NCBI RefSeq assembly: GCF_017495225.1
Contig: NZ_JAFEIG010000015.1
Coordinates: 35,957-99,956, forward strand
Origin: Daejeonella sp.
Lineage (GTDB): Bacteria > Bacteroidota > Bacteroidia > Sphingobacteriales > Sphingobacteriaceae
DNA length: 64,000 nucleotides
Direction: 5' to 3'
In this document: piece after piece, positions 1-9,115 of the stretch
How positions within the stretch are numbered: position 1 is the first letter of the stretch
Layout of the letters: each line of letters begins with the position of its first letter
Translations under genes and position numbers: made by a program
Notes under the pieces: model-generated
Database searches by the model: none
What the model was told of the DNA's origin: nothing
The model's input: only the letters and a program-made list of their open reading frames with translations

Positions 1-2
1 CC

Positions 3-89
3 ACTGTTAATTCAAGTGGTGCTCGCTTGGATATTAAAGGTCCATGGGCAAGTATTAGAGCAGGTTTGAATCTTGGGTTTAGATTTTAA
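3..89 (+). CDS. 3' end of a gene entering from the left edge; probable outer-membrane beta-barrel protein
   Basis: Open frame TVNSSGARLDIKGPWASIRAGLNLGFRF*, with alternating hydrophobic residues and a terminal Phe (BAM-type signal), followed by a terminator. Confidence 0.55.
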   Translation, partial: TVNSSGARLDIKGPWASIRAGLNLGFRF

Positions 90-112
90 TTTTCTTTAAG
101 TTTTATGTTTAT

Positions 113-142
113 AAAGAGGGGCTTTTTTAAGGCCCCTTTTTT
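113..142. terminator. Bidirectional intrinsic terminator
   Basis: AAAGAGGGGC..GCCCCTTTTTT hairpin between convergent genes. Confidence 0.7.
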
Positions 143-185
143 CTTTTGTAAGAATAAATTTTATTGATTGGGATATAGATAAAAT

Positions 186-980
186 TTATAAGCCGTTAGC
201 CTTAACGGTAATCTCTGCAATATCCAAAACACTAACTTCTTTCTCCTGGTTAAAGTTTTTAACTCCGTCGCTGAGCATAGTCATGCAGAATGGGCACGAA
301 GAAGCAACAATATTTGGTTTAAGGGCTAGCGCTTCGTCAATGCGTTCAATGTTGATATCCTTATTACCTTTTTCGGGTTCCTTAAACATTTGGGCACCAC
401 CAGCACCGCAGCAGAGTCCATTCGACTTACAGCGTTTCATTTCAACTAATTCTGCATCAAGTATTTCTAATGCCTTGCGAGGCGCTTCATAAACGCCATT
501 GGCACGACCTAAATAACATGGATCATGGAAGGTGATTTTCTTTCCTTTGAAAGATTCGCCACCTTCAGCTTTAAGTTTGCCCTCATCAATTAATTGCTGT
601 ATTAATTGAGAATGGTGAATAACTTCATAATTACCACCTAATCCTGGGTATTCATTTTTTATGGTGTTAAAGCAATGTGGGCATCCTGTAACTATTTTTT
701 TGATGTCATATCCATCCAATACTTGAATATTGGTCATGGCTTGCATTTGAAAGAGGAATTCATTTCCTGCACGCTTTGCGGGATCTCCTGTACAACTTTC
801 TTCAGTGCCTAGAATAGCAAAATTCATCCCCACATGGTTTAGAATCTTACAGATATCGCGGGTAATTTTCTGAGCACGTTCATCAAAACTACCTGCGCAG
901 CCTACCCAAAATAAGATATCTGGACTTTCACCTTTTGCCGCCATTTCGGCCATAGTAGGGATCTTGATAGTTTGTTCCAT
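186..980 (-). CDS. (Fe-S)-binding CCG-domain oxidoreductase (HdrD/GlpC/FadF C-terminal-like)
   Basis: Two CCG domains: ESCTGD..GCPHC and HDPCYLGR..LCCGAGG..SCPFC. Confidence 0.88.
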   Translation of the reverse strand: MEQTIKIPTMAEMAAKGESPDILFWVGCAGSFDERAQKITRDICKILNHVGMNFAILGTEESCTGDPAKRAGNEFLFQMQAMTNIQVLDGYDIKKIVTGCPHCFNTIKNEYPGLGGNYEVIHHSQLIQQLIDEGKLKAEGGESFKGKKITFHDPCYLGRANGVYEAPRKALEILDAELVEMKRCKSNGLCCGAGGAQMFKEPEKGNKDINIERIDEALALKPNIVASSCPFCMTMLSDGVKNFNQEKEVSVLDIAEITVKANGL

Positions 981-1053
981 ATTCGTTGTTTTGTCTTTTT
1001 GGTTTTCGTTTGTCTGGGGTTTTATTATGATATCTGAGGTCTGATGTCGGTTA

Positions 1054-1137
1054 GTTATCTGTTATCTGCTAACTGACAACTGCTAACTGACAACTGCTAA
1101 CTGACAACTGTTAACTGCTAACTGATAACTGACAACA
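1054..1137. repeat. Heptamer tandem array, 12 units, consensus GnnAACT
   Basis: gttatct gttatct gctaact gacaact gctaact gacaact gctaact gacaact gttaact gctaact gataact gacaac. Confidence 0.9.
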
Positions 1138-2436
1138 TCACATCTTAGTCCAATTTGCTCGATCGGCGGGCGAATATTTCCAAGGGGCACCATTATTCTC
1201 AATATTTGAGAACATATTATTAAGGCTTGTTGGAGCTTGAGCTTCCTCCATAACCGAAAAACGTCTGAGTTCAACAATGATGGCTAGGGGATCGATATTT
1301 ACCGGACAAGCATCGGTGCAGGCATTGCAGGAGGTGCAGGCCCAAATTTCTTCGCGACTGATATAATCATCAAGTAAAGATTTTCCATCTTGATGATCCT
1401 TGCCATGTTTATCTATATTATTTCCCACCTCAACTAAACGATCGCGGGTATCCATCATAATTTTACGAGGAGAGAGCAATTTGCCAGTCATGTTTGCCGG
1501 ACAAACAGAGGTGCATCTACCACATTCTGTACAGGTATAGGCATCCATTAAATTTTTCCATGTTAAATCGCTAACATCCTTTGCTCCAAAACGAGTCCCT
1601 TCTGCTACGGGTTCTGGGACGAAACTCGGATCAAGCATGGCTTTAACCTCATTGCTAACGGATGCCATGTTTGACAGTTCGCCTTTAGGCTCCAAATTTG
1701 AATAATAAGTATTGGGGAATGCTAAAACAATGTGGAAGTGCTTAGAATAAGGCAAGTAGTTTAAAAATGCAAATATCCCTATAATGTGAAACCACCAGCA
1801 GAAGCGCTCAATGGCGATAAGTGCTGATTGCGAATCTGGTAGGATAGGTAAAAGGTAGCTACTTATAGGAAAAGTTCCCGCCTGAATATAATTGGATGCA
1901 CCTGCTAATTGAAGTTTATAGTCGGCGGCATTCATAAGTAAGAAAGCCGACATTAAAAAGACCTCAACAATTAAAATGATATTAGCATCCGTCTTTGGCC
2001 AATTAGTCATTTCTACGCCTTTAAAACGCTTTAGATTGATAATATTTCTTCTTGCATAAAATACCACTACGGCAAGAAGAACTAAAGCTGCGAGTATCTC
2101 AAATGAAGCAATGAGCACATTGTATAATCCACCAAGAGGCGCTGCAAAAATTCGGTGTGTGCCTAAAAGTCCGTCGAGGATAATTTCAAGTACCTCCAAA
2201 TTAATAATTACAAATCCTAAATATACAAAGAGATGCAAGATGGCGGCAATGGGTCTTTTCCCCATTTTAGACTGTCCGAAGGCTACCTTGAGCATGGTAA
2301 TTAAGCGATCGAGTGGACGATCAGAACGATCTATATCTCTACCGAGATTGATATTTCGGATAATTTTGCGTATATTCTTTGTGAATAATGCTATTGAAGC
2401 CGCAGCAATAATTAGAAAAATGACTTGCAGAACCAT
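1138..2436 (-). CDS. Membrane Fe-S oxidoreductase (NarI-like TM region plus 4Fe-4S dicluster; FadF/HdrD N-terminal-like)
   Basis: Multiple TM helices, then CTECGRCTSVCP and CTSCNACTDACP. Confidence 0.88.
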   Translation of the reverse strand: MVLQVIFLIIAAASIALFTKNIRKIIRNINLGRDIDRSDRPLDRLITMLKVAFGQSKMGKRPIAAILHLFVYLGFVIINLEVLEIILDGLLGTHRIFAAPLGGLYNVLIASFEILAALVLLAVVVFYARRNIINLKRFKGVEMTNWPKTDANIILIVEVFLMSAFLLMNAADYKLQLAGASNYIQAGTFPISSYLLPILPDSQSALIAIERFCWWFHIIGIFAFLNYLPYSKHFHIVLAFPNTYYSNLEPKGELSNMASVSNEVKAMLDPSFVPEPVAEGTRFGAKDVSDLTWKNLMDAYTCTECGRCTSVCPANMTGKLLSPRKIMMDTRDRLVEVGNNIDKHGKDHQDGKSLLDDYISREEIWACTSCNACTDACPVNIDPLAIIVELRRFSVMEEAQAPTSLNNMFSNIENNGAPWKYSPADRANWTKM

Positions 2437-2489
2437 ATTGGTGTAGGTTTATGCTGTAAAAATATGGATTATCTCGGAAATCCAATTAC

Positions 2490-2501
2490 TATGCATGCAT
2501 A
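2490..2501. promoter_or_regulatory. Perfect palindrome, candidate operator upstream of the Fe-S operon
   Basis: TATGCATGCATA, 53 bp upstream of the ATG at 2436. Confidence 0.5.
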
Positions 2502-2584
2502 ATATTTAAAATATTTTTTTTTAGATCTTCAAGAAAAAAATACAATAATTTTCAAATAATATTTTCATAAACGAAAAAAGACAT

Positions 2585-2592
2585 TACATTTG
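2585..2592 (+). promoter_or_regulatory. Bacteroidota sigma-ABfr -7 element for tRNA-Phe
   Basis: TACATTTG matches TAnnTTTG. Confidence 0.65.
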
Positions 2593-2619
2593 CAGTCCCG
2601 AACAAAACGGGTATGGTCT

Positions 2620-2692
2620 GGTACCATAGCTCAGTTGGTAGAGCAAAGGACTGAAAATCCTTGTGTCGCTGGTTCGATTCCAGCTGGTACCA
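2620..2692 (+). tRNA. trnF: tRNA-Phe (GAA)
   Basis: Acceptor GGTACCA/TGGTACC, D arm GCTC/GAGC, anticodon arm AAGGA-CTGAAAA-TCCTT, T arm GCTGG-TTCGATT-CCAGC; CCA not encoded. Confidence 0.97.
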
Positions 2693-2694
2693 CG

Positions 2695-2726
2695 AAAAAA
2701 GCCTCAGAGAAATCTGAGGCTTTTTT
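2695..2726. terminator. Bidirectional intrinsic terminator
   Basis: AAAAAAGCCTCAGA-gaaa-TCTGAGGCTTTTTT. Confidence 0.85.
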
Positions 2727-2755
2727 GATTTTAGGAATTTTATAAAATCGTTCTA

Positions 2756-3268
2756 CTAAATCCTCAAACCATAATCCTCATTTGAAAGAATCAAAAATTT
2801 ATAAGTGTTTATTGTGGCAGATGAATAATTAGTTTTATCTGTGATTGTAGTTACCTTAATTGTGTTTTTCTTACCTTGGTAAACTTTAATAATATCCCCG
2901 TTTTCTAATTCAGCTTTAATTAATCTATAACCTAAAGAAATTATTTTGGTTACATATTTAGAATAGGTTTCTTTTTGGCTAATGTGAATTGAAATTCTAT
3001 TGGTTTTAGTGTCATTGCTTGATAAATACTCAATGGTAGATTTGGATGCTTTATTAGATAATCTAAAATAATCAGATGATTGTCCGTTAGCATCCAATCT
3101 AGCCTCGTTTGAATTTATCCATCCTTTGGGATTTAAATATTCTATAAACTTGGTCAAGTTTTTCTTTCTTAAATCAACAAGTTCATCTAAGCTTAGGCTT
3201 TGCCCAAATCCAGTATTTGTAAGAAGTATTAATAATAGGAATGTGATAAATTTGATAAAATATTTCAT
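2756..3268 (-). CDS. Hypothetical secreted protein
   Basis: 170 aa with signal peptide (MKYFIKF..GFG/QS); very AT-rich. Confidence 0.75.
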   Translation of the reverse strand: MKYFIKFITFLLLILLTNTGFGQSLSLDELVDLRKKNLTKFIEYLNPKGWINSNEARLDANGQSSDYFRLSNKASKSTIEYLSSNDTKTNRISIHISQKETYSKYVTKIISLGYRLIKAELENGDIIKVYQGKKNTIKVTTITDKTNYSSATINTYKFLILSNEDYGLRI

Positions 3269-3643
3269 GCTTTTATTTTGTTAAATTATTGTTTTAGAAA
3301 ACCATTTGGAATCGTCTATCTTATATTATCCTGAAATTCCTTTCATCAAAACTTAGTAATAGCTTTTCCAATCTTTGAATTTGCTTTATTCAATTCTATT
3401 TTAATTCTTACATTTTATATAAGTATTTTGCCTTGTTCGTGTGAAATGCCATAAATTAAATTATTCTTCATTATTTTGATTATATTTATAAATTATTAAA
3501 TATTATTTAATAATAAAGCGTCTATGGATAAATAATATTTACCATAAATTTAATTTATTAAATTAATTTAATAAAAAAATTATTAAATTAATTACCTTCT
3601 GAATCATTTATTTTCTACTAAGCTATTATTAATCAACTACTTG

Positions 3644-3659
3644 ATTGATTCTAATCAAT
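3644..3659. promoter_or_regulatory. Fnr/Crp-family type box
   Basis: ATTGAT-TCTA-ATCAAT, perfect TTGAT-N4-ATCAA about 50 bp upstream of 3709. Confidence 0.5.
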
Positions 3660-3708
3660 ATTATTTATTTCAAATTGTCTAAATTTAAATTTAAATAATC
3701 TTAACAAA

Positions 3709-4209
3709 ATGACTCTTCTAATCATTCTTGAGGCCCTTTATGATAAGGATGATGCCAGTTTAGTAGAAATGATTAATAATTCCGTTCCAGTTAAAACCTA
3801 CTCTTTTAAGAATAAACTTTTTGTAATTCATTCTGGCTTTAGGTTTACGATAAATACTGGTAAGGCATTTGATTTGTTAATTGATCTATCAGATTTAAAT
3901 GATCCTCAATTAATCCTAAGTCCAGTTTCAGAATTAACCTCATTCCCACTAATTCTTGGATTAGTAGTCTTTAAGAAAAATAAATATATCGATGCTTTCT
4001 CAAAGGTGATGATTGCTGGAATTTCTGAGGATAATGTTAAAATTTATCCCATAGAGTCTAAAGTTGAGGATATTGAGATTATGAACTTAAATCATTCTGA
4101 GTTTTATATTTTCCGAGCTGAAGACAATTCCATAATTAGACGTTTTCCCTTGTCGAGATTATATAATAAATCCCTTTTATTACGAGATGGAAAGTTTTAT
4201 GAATATTGA
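3709..4209 (+). CDS. Hypothetical protein (orphan)
   Basis: 166-aa ORF in very AT-rich DNA; no recognised motif. Confidence 0.6.
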   Translation: MTLLIILEALYDKDDASLVEMINNSVPVKTYSFKNKLFVIHSGFRFTINTGKAFDLLIDLSDLNDPQLILSPVSELTSFPLILGLVVFKKNKYIDAFSKVMIAGISEDNVKIYPIESKVEDIEIMNLNHSEFYIFRAEDNSIIRRFPLSRLYNKSLLLRDGKFYEY

Positions 4210-4363
4210 AAATATGCTTATTGTTTGAATTCTAAATTCTTTATACCTGTATATTTTGATCTAAAAATCAAATCCTATTCTTGAAAAATTAGAAAGCTTA
4301 ATTAATTTTATTTATACTTATGAAATAAAATTTGCTGTTGAGCTCTTATTAAATTTATTAGAT

Positions 4364-5920
4364 ATGATGAAGAGGATTGTCCCTAACCTAAATAATTTCT
4401 TCTGTTTATTTTTCATAATCATTTCATCTAGCTTATCTGCTCAGGACAAGAAAGCGTTGACATATCAGCCTATTACAGGCACAAAACCACGAAATATTAT
4501 ATTTATTCTCTCAGATGATCACCGTTATGATTTTATGGGATTTACTGGAGCTGTACCGGGTTTAAAAACGCCTAATTTAGATCGAATTGCCAATGAGGGG
4601 GCTCATTTTCAGAATGCTTTTGTGAGCACTGCACTTTGTTCACCAAGTAGAGCTTCTATTTTAACTGGTCAATATGCTCATACGCATACGGTGGTTGATA
4701 ATCAGGCACCAGCACCAAAATCCTTGATTTATTTTCCTGAATATCTTCAAAAAGCGGGTTACCAAACATCGTTTTTTGGAAAATGGCACATGGGTGGGGG
4801 GAGTAGTGACCCGAGACCAGGTTTTGATCGTTGGGTGAGCTTTGCGGGGCAAGGTGTCTATTATAATCCACAATTAAATATTGATGGGAAGATGCTTGCT
4901 TATCGCGACAGCGCTTATATTACTGATGTATTAACCGATTTAACCTTAGAATGGTTAGAACAGCGAGATAAGAAAAAGCCATTTTTTGTTTATTTATCCC
5001 ATAAGGCAGTACATGCCGAATTTAATCCCGCAAAAAGAGATAATGGAATTTATAGAGATATAAAAATTCAATATCCTGTATCTATGTTTTCTACTGCAAG
5101 GGCTAATAGTAAGAAATTCACCAAGGGTCATCAGGTAGATTCAAGTAGTTATAAAATTAATTATAAAGACATACCGTCCTGGGTGCGCGCCCAACGGGAT
5201 AGCTGGCATGGAGTTGATTATATGTATGATGGTCAGACTGATTTTGATAGTTTTTATGTGGATTATCTAGAGACTTTAATGGGGATTGATTATAGTGTAG
5301 GGAGGGTGTTAAAATATCTTAAGGATAATAATCTAGACAAGGAAACTTTGGTGATTTACATGGGAGATAATGGTTTTTCATTTGGTGAACATGGCTTGAT
5401 TGATAAGCGCCATGCTTATGAAGAGTCGATGCGAGTGCCGTTAATAGCCCGCTCACCTGATTTAATTAAAGCTGGGACAAAGGTGAAAGAAATGGTTTTA
5501 AACATTGATATCGCACCTACAATTCTGGAATTAGCTGGAGTGAAAAAGCCAGTCCAGGTGGAAGGAAATTCATTCGTTTCACTCATGAAAGGAATGCCTG
5601 AAGCTAACTGGAGGAAGGAAATATTTTATGAATATTATTGGGAAAACCCATTTCCGCAGACGCCCACACAATTTGCAATTCGCACGGATCAGTTTAAATT
5701 TATTCGTAGTCACGGGGTATGGGATATTAATCAGCTTTATGATTTAAAGAATGATCCTTATGAGCTAAATAACCTCATTAGGGATCCGAAATTTCAAACT
5801 ATAGCGAAAGACTTAAATACGAAATTGTGGGATTGGTTGGATAAAACTGGCGGATTGTATATTCCTCTAAAAACAATAAATGAGCGCAAAAACGACCATA
5901 TATTTAGATCTACTTGGTAA
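4364..5920 (+). CDS. Sulfatase, Cys-type (GlcNAc-6-sulfatase-like)
   Basis: ILSDDH, CSPSRASILTG, GKWH, HKAVH, GDNG; signal peptide. Confidence 0.92.
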   Translation: MMKRIVPNLNNFFCLFFIIISSSLSAQDKKALTYQPITGTKPRNIIFILSDDHRYDFMGFTGAVPGLKTPNLDRIANEGAHFQNAFVSTALCSPSRASILTGQYAHTHTVVDNQAPAPKSLIYFPEYLQKAGYQTSFFGKWHMGGGSSDPRPGFDRWVSFAGQGVYYNPQLNIDGKMLAYRDSAYITDVLTDLTLEWLEQRDKKKPFFVYLSHKAVHAEFNPAKRDNGIYRDIKIQYPVSMFSTARANSKKFTKGHQVDSSSYKINYKDIPSWVRAQRDSWHGVDYMYDGQTDFDSFYVDYLETLMGIDYSVGRVLKYLKDNNLDKETLVIYMGDNGFSFGEHGLIDKRHAYEESMRVPLIARSPDLIKAGTKVKEMVLNIDIAPTILELAGVKKPVQVEGNSFVSLMKGMPEANWRKEIFYEYYWENPFPQTPTQFAIRTDQFKFIRSHGVWDINQLYDLKNDPYELNNLIRDPKFQTIAKDLNTKLWDWLDKTGGLYIPLKTINERKNDHIFRSTW

Positions 5921-5957
5921 GAATATACGCATTTTTTTTCACATTATCAAATTTTTT

Positions 5958-7463
5958 ATGTTGAAACGATTTAATTATCTCTTTTTAATTTTAATGCTTG
6001 GTCAAACTTTTAGCGCAGTTTCTATTGCGCAAACCAGGCCTAATATTGTAATTATTTACACGGATGATTTAGGTTTCGGAGATATTAGTGCTAATGGGGC
6101 CAAGAAAATAAAAACTCCTAATATTGACCGCATTGCTAAGGAGGGTTTAAGATTTACAAATGCTTATGCCACTTCAGCAACATGTACTCCATCTCGATTT
6201 TCATTACTTACAGGAAAATATGCCTGGCGAAAATCTGGGACTAATGTTGCTCCAGGAGATGCGGCTTTAATTATTCCTACAGATGTAGAAACGATGCCGG
6301 CAATGCTTCAAAAGGCAGGTTATAAGACCGCCGTAGTGGGGAAATGGCATTTGGGATTAGGTCCCGCAGGTGGACCCAACTGGAACGCCGACATTAAACC
6401 CGGACCTTTAGAAATAGGTTTTAACTATTCTTTTATCATGCCAGCTACTGGCGACCGTGTGCCTTGTGTTTATTTGGAAAACCATAGAATTGTAGATCTT
6501 GATCCTTCAGATCCGATTCGTGTTTCTTATAAAGAAAAAATAGGGAATGAGCCTACAGGAAAAGAAAATCCTGAACTTTTAAAAATGAATTATTCTCATG
6601 GGCATGATGCTACTATTATCAATGGTGTGAGCAGAATAGGATGGATGACTGGTGGGAAAAAGGCGCGTTGGATAGACGAAGAAATGGCCGATGTATTCAC
6701 TAATAGGGCCATAAATTTTCTAGACGAAAATGCAAAAAATCCATTTTTCCTGTATTTCGCTACGCATGATATTCATGTGCCAAGGCTTCCACATTCTCGA
6801 TTTGTAGGCAAAAGTGGCATGGGAGCACGTGGTGATGCTATTTTACAATTAGACTGGTCGGTGGGAGAGATTCTGAAAACTCTCGACCGCCTAAAAATTG
6901 CTGATGAGACCTTAATTATTTTTACTAGTGATAATGGGGCAGTGGTAGATGATGGATATGTGGATGAGGCGGTAGAAAAATTGAATGGACATACTCCATC
7001 AGGAATATTAAGAGGCGGAAAATACAGCGCTTTTGAGGGTGGAACTAAAGTCCCTATGTTGCTAAGATGGCCCTCAAAAATTAAGTCAGGAAGCGTGTCA
7101 AACGCCTTGTTTAGTCAGATAGATTTTTATGCTTCATTGGCTGCATTGACCGGAAGAAGCATAAACGCACCTGATAGTTTTAATAGTTTAAATACTTTGT
7201 TGGGTGCTAAAGAGAATCGCGAATTTATTATTCAGCAGGCCGTAAATAGTAGGTTGGGAATAATTCAAGGCGATTGGAAATATATTCCAGCTGGTCCGGG
7301 GGCAGCAATAAATAAGCAGGTAAATATTGAGCTTGGGAATGATTTAAAGCCTCAATTATATAATCTTAAGAAGGACGCAGGTGAGAAGAATAATTTGGCA
7401 GATCAACATCCTGAGATAGTAGAAAAATTAATGCAGAAGCTCAAAGAGCTCAAGGGAGAATAA
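5958..7463 (+). CDS. Arylsulfatase, Cys-type (Gal/GalNAc-6-sulfatase-like)
   Basis: YTDDLGFGD, CTPSRFSLLTG, GKWH, TGDRVPC, SDNG; start moved to ATG 5958 (signal peptide). Confidence 0.92.
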   Translation: MLKRFNYLFLILMLGQTFSAVSIAQTRPNIVIIYTDDLGFGDISANGAKKIKTPNIDRIAKEGLRFTNAYATSATCTPSRFSLLTGKYAWRKSGTNVAPGDAALIIPTDVETMPAMLQKAGYKTAVVGKWHLGLGPAGGPNWNADIKPGPLEIGFNYSFIMPATGDRVPCVYLENHRIVDLDPSDPIRVSYKEKIGNEPTGKENPELLKMNYSHGHDATIINGVSRIGWMTGGKKARWIDEEMADVFTNRAINFLDENAKNPFFLYFATHDIHVPRLPHSRFVGKSGMGARGDAILQLDWSVGEILKTLDRLKIADETLIIFTSDNGAVVDDGYVDEAVEKLNGHTPSGILRGGKYSAFEGGTKVPMLLRWPSKIKSGSVSNALFSQIDFYASLAALTGRSINAPDSFNSLNTLLGAKENREFIIQQAVNSRLGIIQGDWKYIPAGPGAAINKQVNIELGNDLKPQLYNLKKDAGEKNNLADQHPEIVEKLMQKLKELKGE

Positions 7464-7470
7464 TATTAAA

Positions 7471-7514
7471 TATTTTGATTTGGGTAAAAACATAGAATTA
7501 CCCAAATCAAAATA
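7471..7514. terminator. Bidirectional terminator, 17-bp perfect inverted repeat
   Basis: TATTTTGATTTGGGTAA..TTACCCAAATCAAAATA between convergent sulfatases. Confidence 0.8.
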
Positions 7515-7524
7515 ATAATTGAAT

Positions 7525-8985
7525 TTATTTTACTTTGCCTGCAAGGCGTTTATTTGCGCCTTCAATTTTCTGTAAATCATCACCTAGATCTGCTCTTGCC
7601 TCTTCTGCTAATGCTTTTAACTCTTTTACAATTTCCGGGAAGTATGATTTAACATCGTACTGTTCGCCTGGATCTCTACGAAGGTCATAAAGAGCTTCTG
7701 CCATCATGATATTTTCAGGCGCAGCTCCTGGAAATCCATCAACACCAGGTGCTTGATTTAAATAGGAGCGCGATGGGTGTTCGAATACAAGCTTCCAATT
7801 ATCTCTTCTAACGGCTTCTAGTGCGTTTTTTCGGTAATAGTATAAAAAGTTTTTTCGAGGGGATAATTGCATATTACCTTTTAAGATTTCTCCCAAATCA
7901 ATACCATCGATTTTTTTATTGGGAAGAGCTGTTCCCGTTAATTTGGCAATGGTTGGCAAAATATCGATAGTGGAGGCTAATTGATTTGCGACTAATCCGC
8001 CAGGTATTTTACCTTTCCATCTGATGATACAAGGAACCCGCTGACCACCCTCAAAGGAGCTTCCTTTTCCTTCTCTTAGTCCGCCAGTATTTCCTGCATG
8101 GTTACCAAAATTTAACCAAGGACCATTATCACTGGTAAAAATAATCATGGTATTATTTTCAAGACCTTCTTTTTTAAGAACTTCCATTATCTTACCCACA
8201 TTATAATCGATTTCTTGAATCATATCGCCATATAAACCTTGCTTGCTTTTACCTCTAAATGCTGCTGATGCATTGATCGGTACATGTGGCATTGGATGCG
8301 GTATGTATGCGAAAAATGGCTTCTTTTTATTGCGACGAATGAAACTGATAGCTTCGTCGGTAAACTTGCTAGTAAGCATTGCCTGATCTTCTAAAGTGCT
8401 GATGGTGTCGATTGGGGCATGGTTTCTGATCAATGGAAGAGGTGGGAAACGATGTTTGTTTGTCCCAGCTAAGGCTGGTGCACCATCATAATTTACAGGC
8501 CACATATCATTTGAATAGGGTATTCCTAGGTATTCATCAAAGCCATGATTGAGAGGTAAAAACTCTGGAGCATCTCCAAGATGCCATTTCCCGAATATTC
8601 CTGTGGCATAATTTTTCTGTTTTAGGAGCTCGGCAATAGTAGTTTCCTCTTTGTTCAAACCTATTGGGGAAGCAGGAAAAAGAGCGCCTGTGATGCCAAT
8701 TCGGTTAGAATAACAGCCTGTTAAAATTGCCGCACGTGAAGCACTACAAACTGCTTGAGCAGATAAAAAATTAGTAAAACGAATACCTTCTGAAGCTAAT
8801 CGGTCGATATTTGGGGTGTTAATATCGAGTGCGCCATAAGATGATAAATCGCCATAGCCCATATCATCCATGAAAATTAAGATAATATTGGGACTATCAG
8901 ATGCTGTGTTTTTAACTGGAGTGTTTGATTGATGAAGGGTAAGCAGTACTAGTGCTAAAACCAAAATCTTTATTTTTTTGAACAT
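7525..8985 (-). CDS. Arylsulfatase, Cys-type (ArsA/GALNS-like)
   Basis: FMDDMGYGD, CSASRAAILTG, GKWHLG, PYSNDM, SDNGPW. Confidence 0.92.
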   Translation of the reverse strand: MFKKIKILVLALVLLTLHQSNTPVKNTASDSPNIILIFMDDMGYGDLSSYGALDINTPNIDRLASEGIRFTNFLSAQAVCSASRAAILTGCYSNRIGITGALFPASPIGLNKEETTIAELLKQKNYATGIFGKWHLGDAPEFLPLNHGFDEYLGIPYSNDMWPVNYDGAPALAGTNKHRFPPLPLIRNHAPIDTISTLEDQAMLTSKFTDEAISFIRRNKKKPFFAYIPHPMPHVPINASAAFRGKSKQGLYGDMIQEIDYNVGKIMEVLKKEGLENNTMIIFTSDNGPWLNFGNHAGNTGGLREGKGSSFEGGQRVPCIIRWKGKIPGGLVANQLASTIDILPTIAKLTGTALPNKKIDGIDLGEILKGNMQLSPRKNFLYYYRKNALEAVRRDNWKLVFEHPSRSYLNQAPGVDGFPGAAPENIMMAEALYDLRRDPGEQYDVKSYFPEIVKELKALAEEARADLGDDLQKIEGANKRLAGKVK

Positions 8986-9115
8986 GAGATAACGATATTT
9001 ATTATGCTCAAGATAAAATTTATATGGGATAAATAAAAAGATTAGATTTTTTGCCAGTCAATTTTTCAAATAATATTTTAATTCCGTTTTTTATCCCAAT
9101 CTTTGTATGGATAAA

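Noticed and set aside
1083-1277. 64-aa ORF on minus strand
   Set aside because: Shadow of the Fe-S gene plus the heptamer repeat (SYQLAVNSCQLAVVS is repeat translation)
2660-2692. attR duplicate of the tRNA-Phe 3' end marking an integrated element
   Set aside because: No second copy noticed by eye and no integrase in the window
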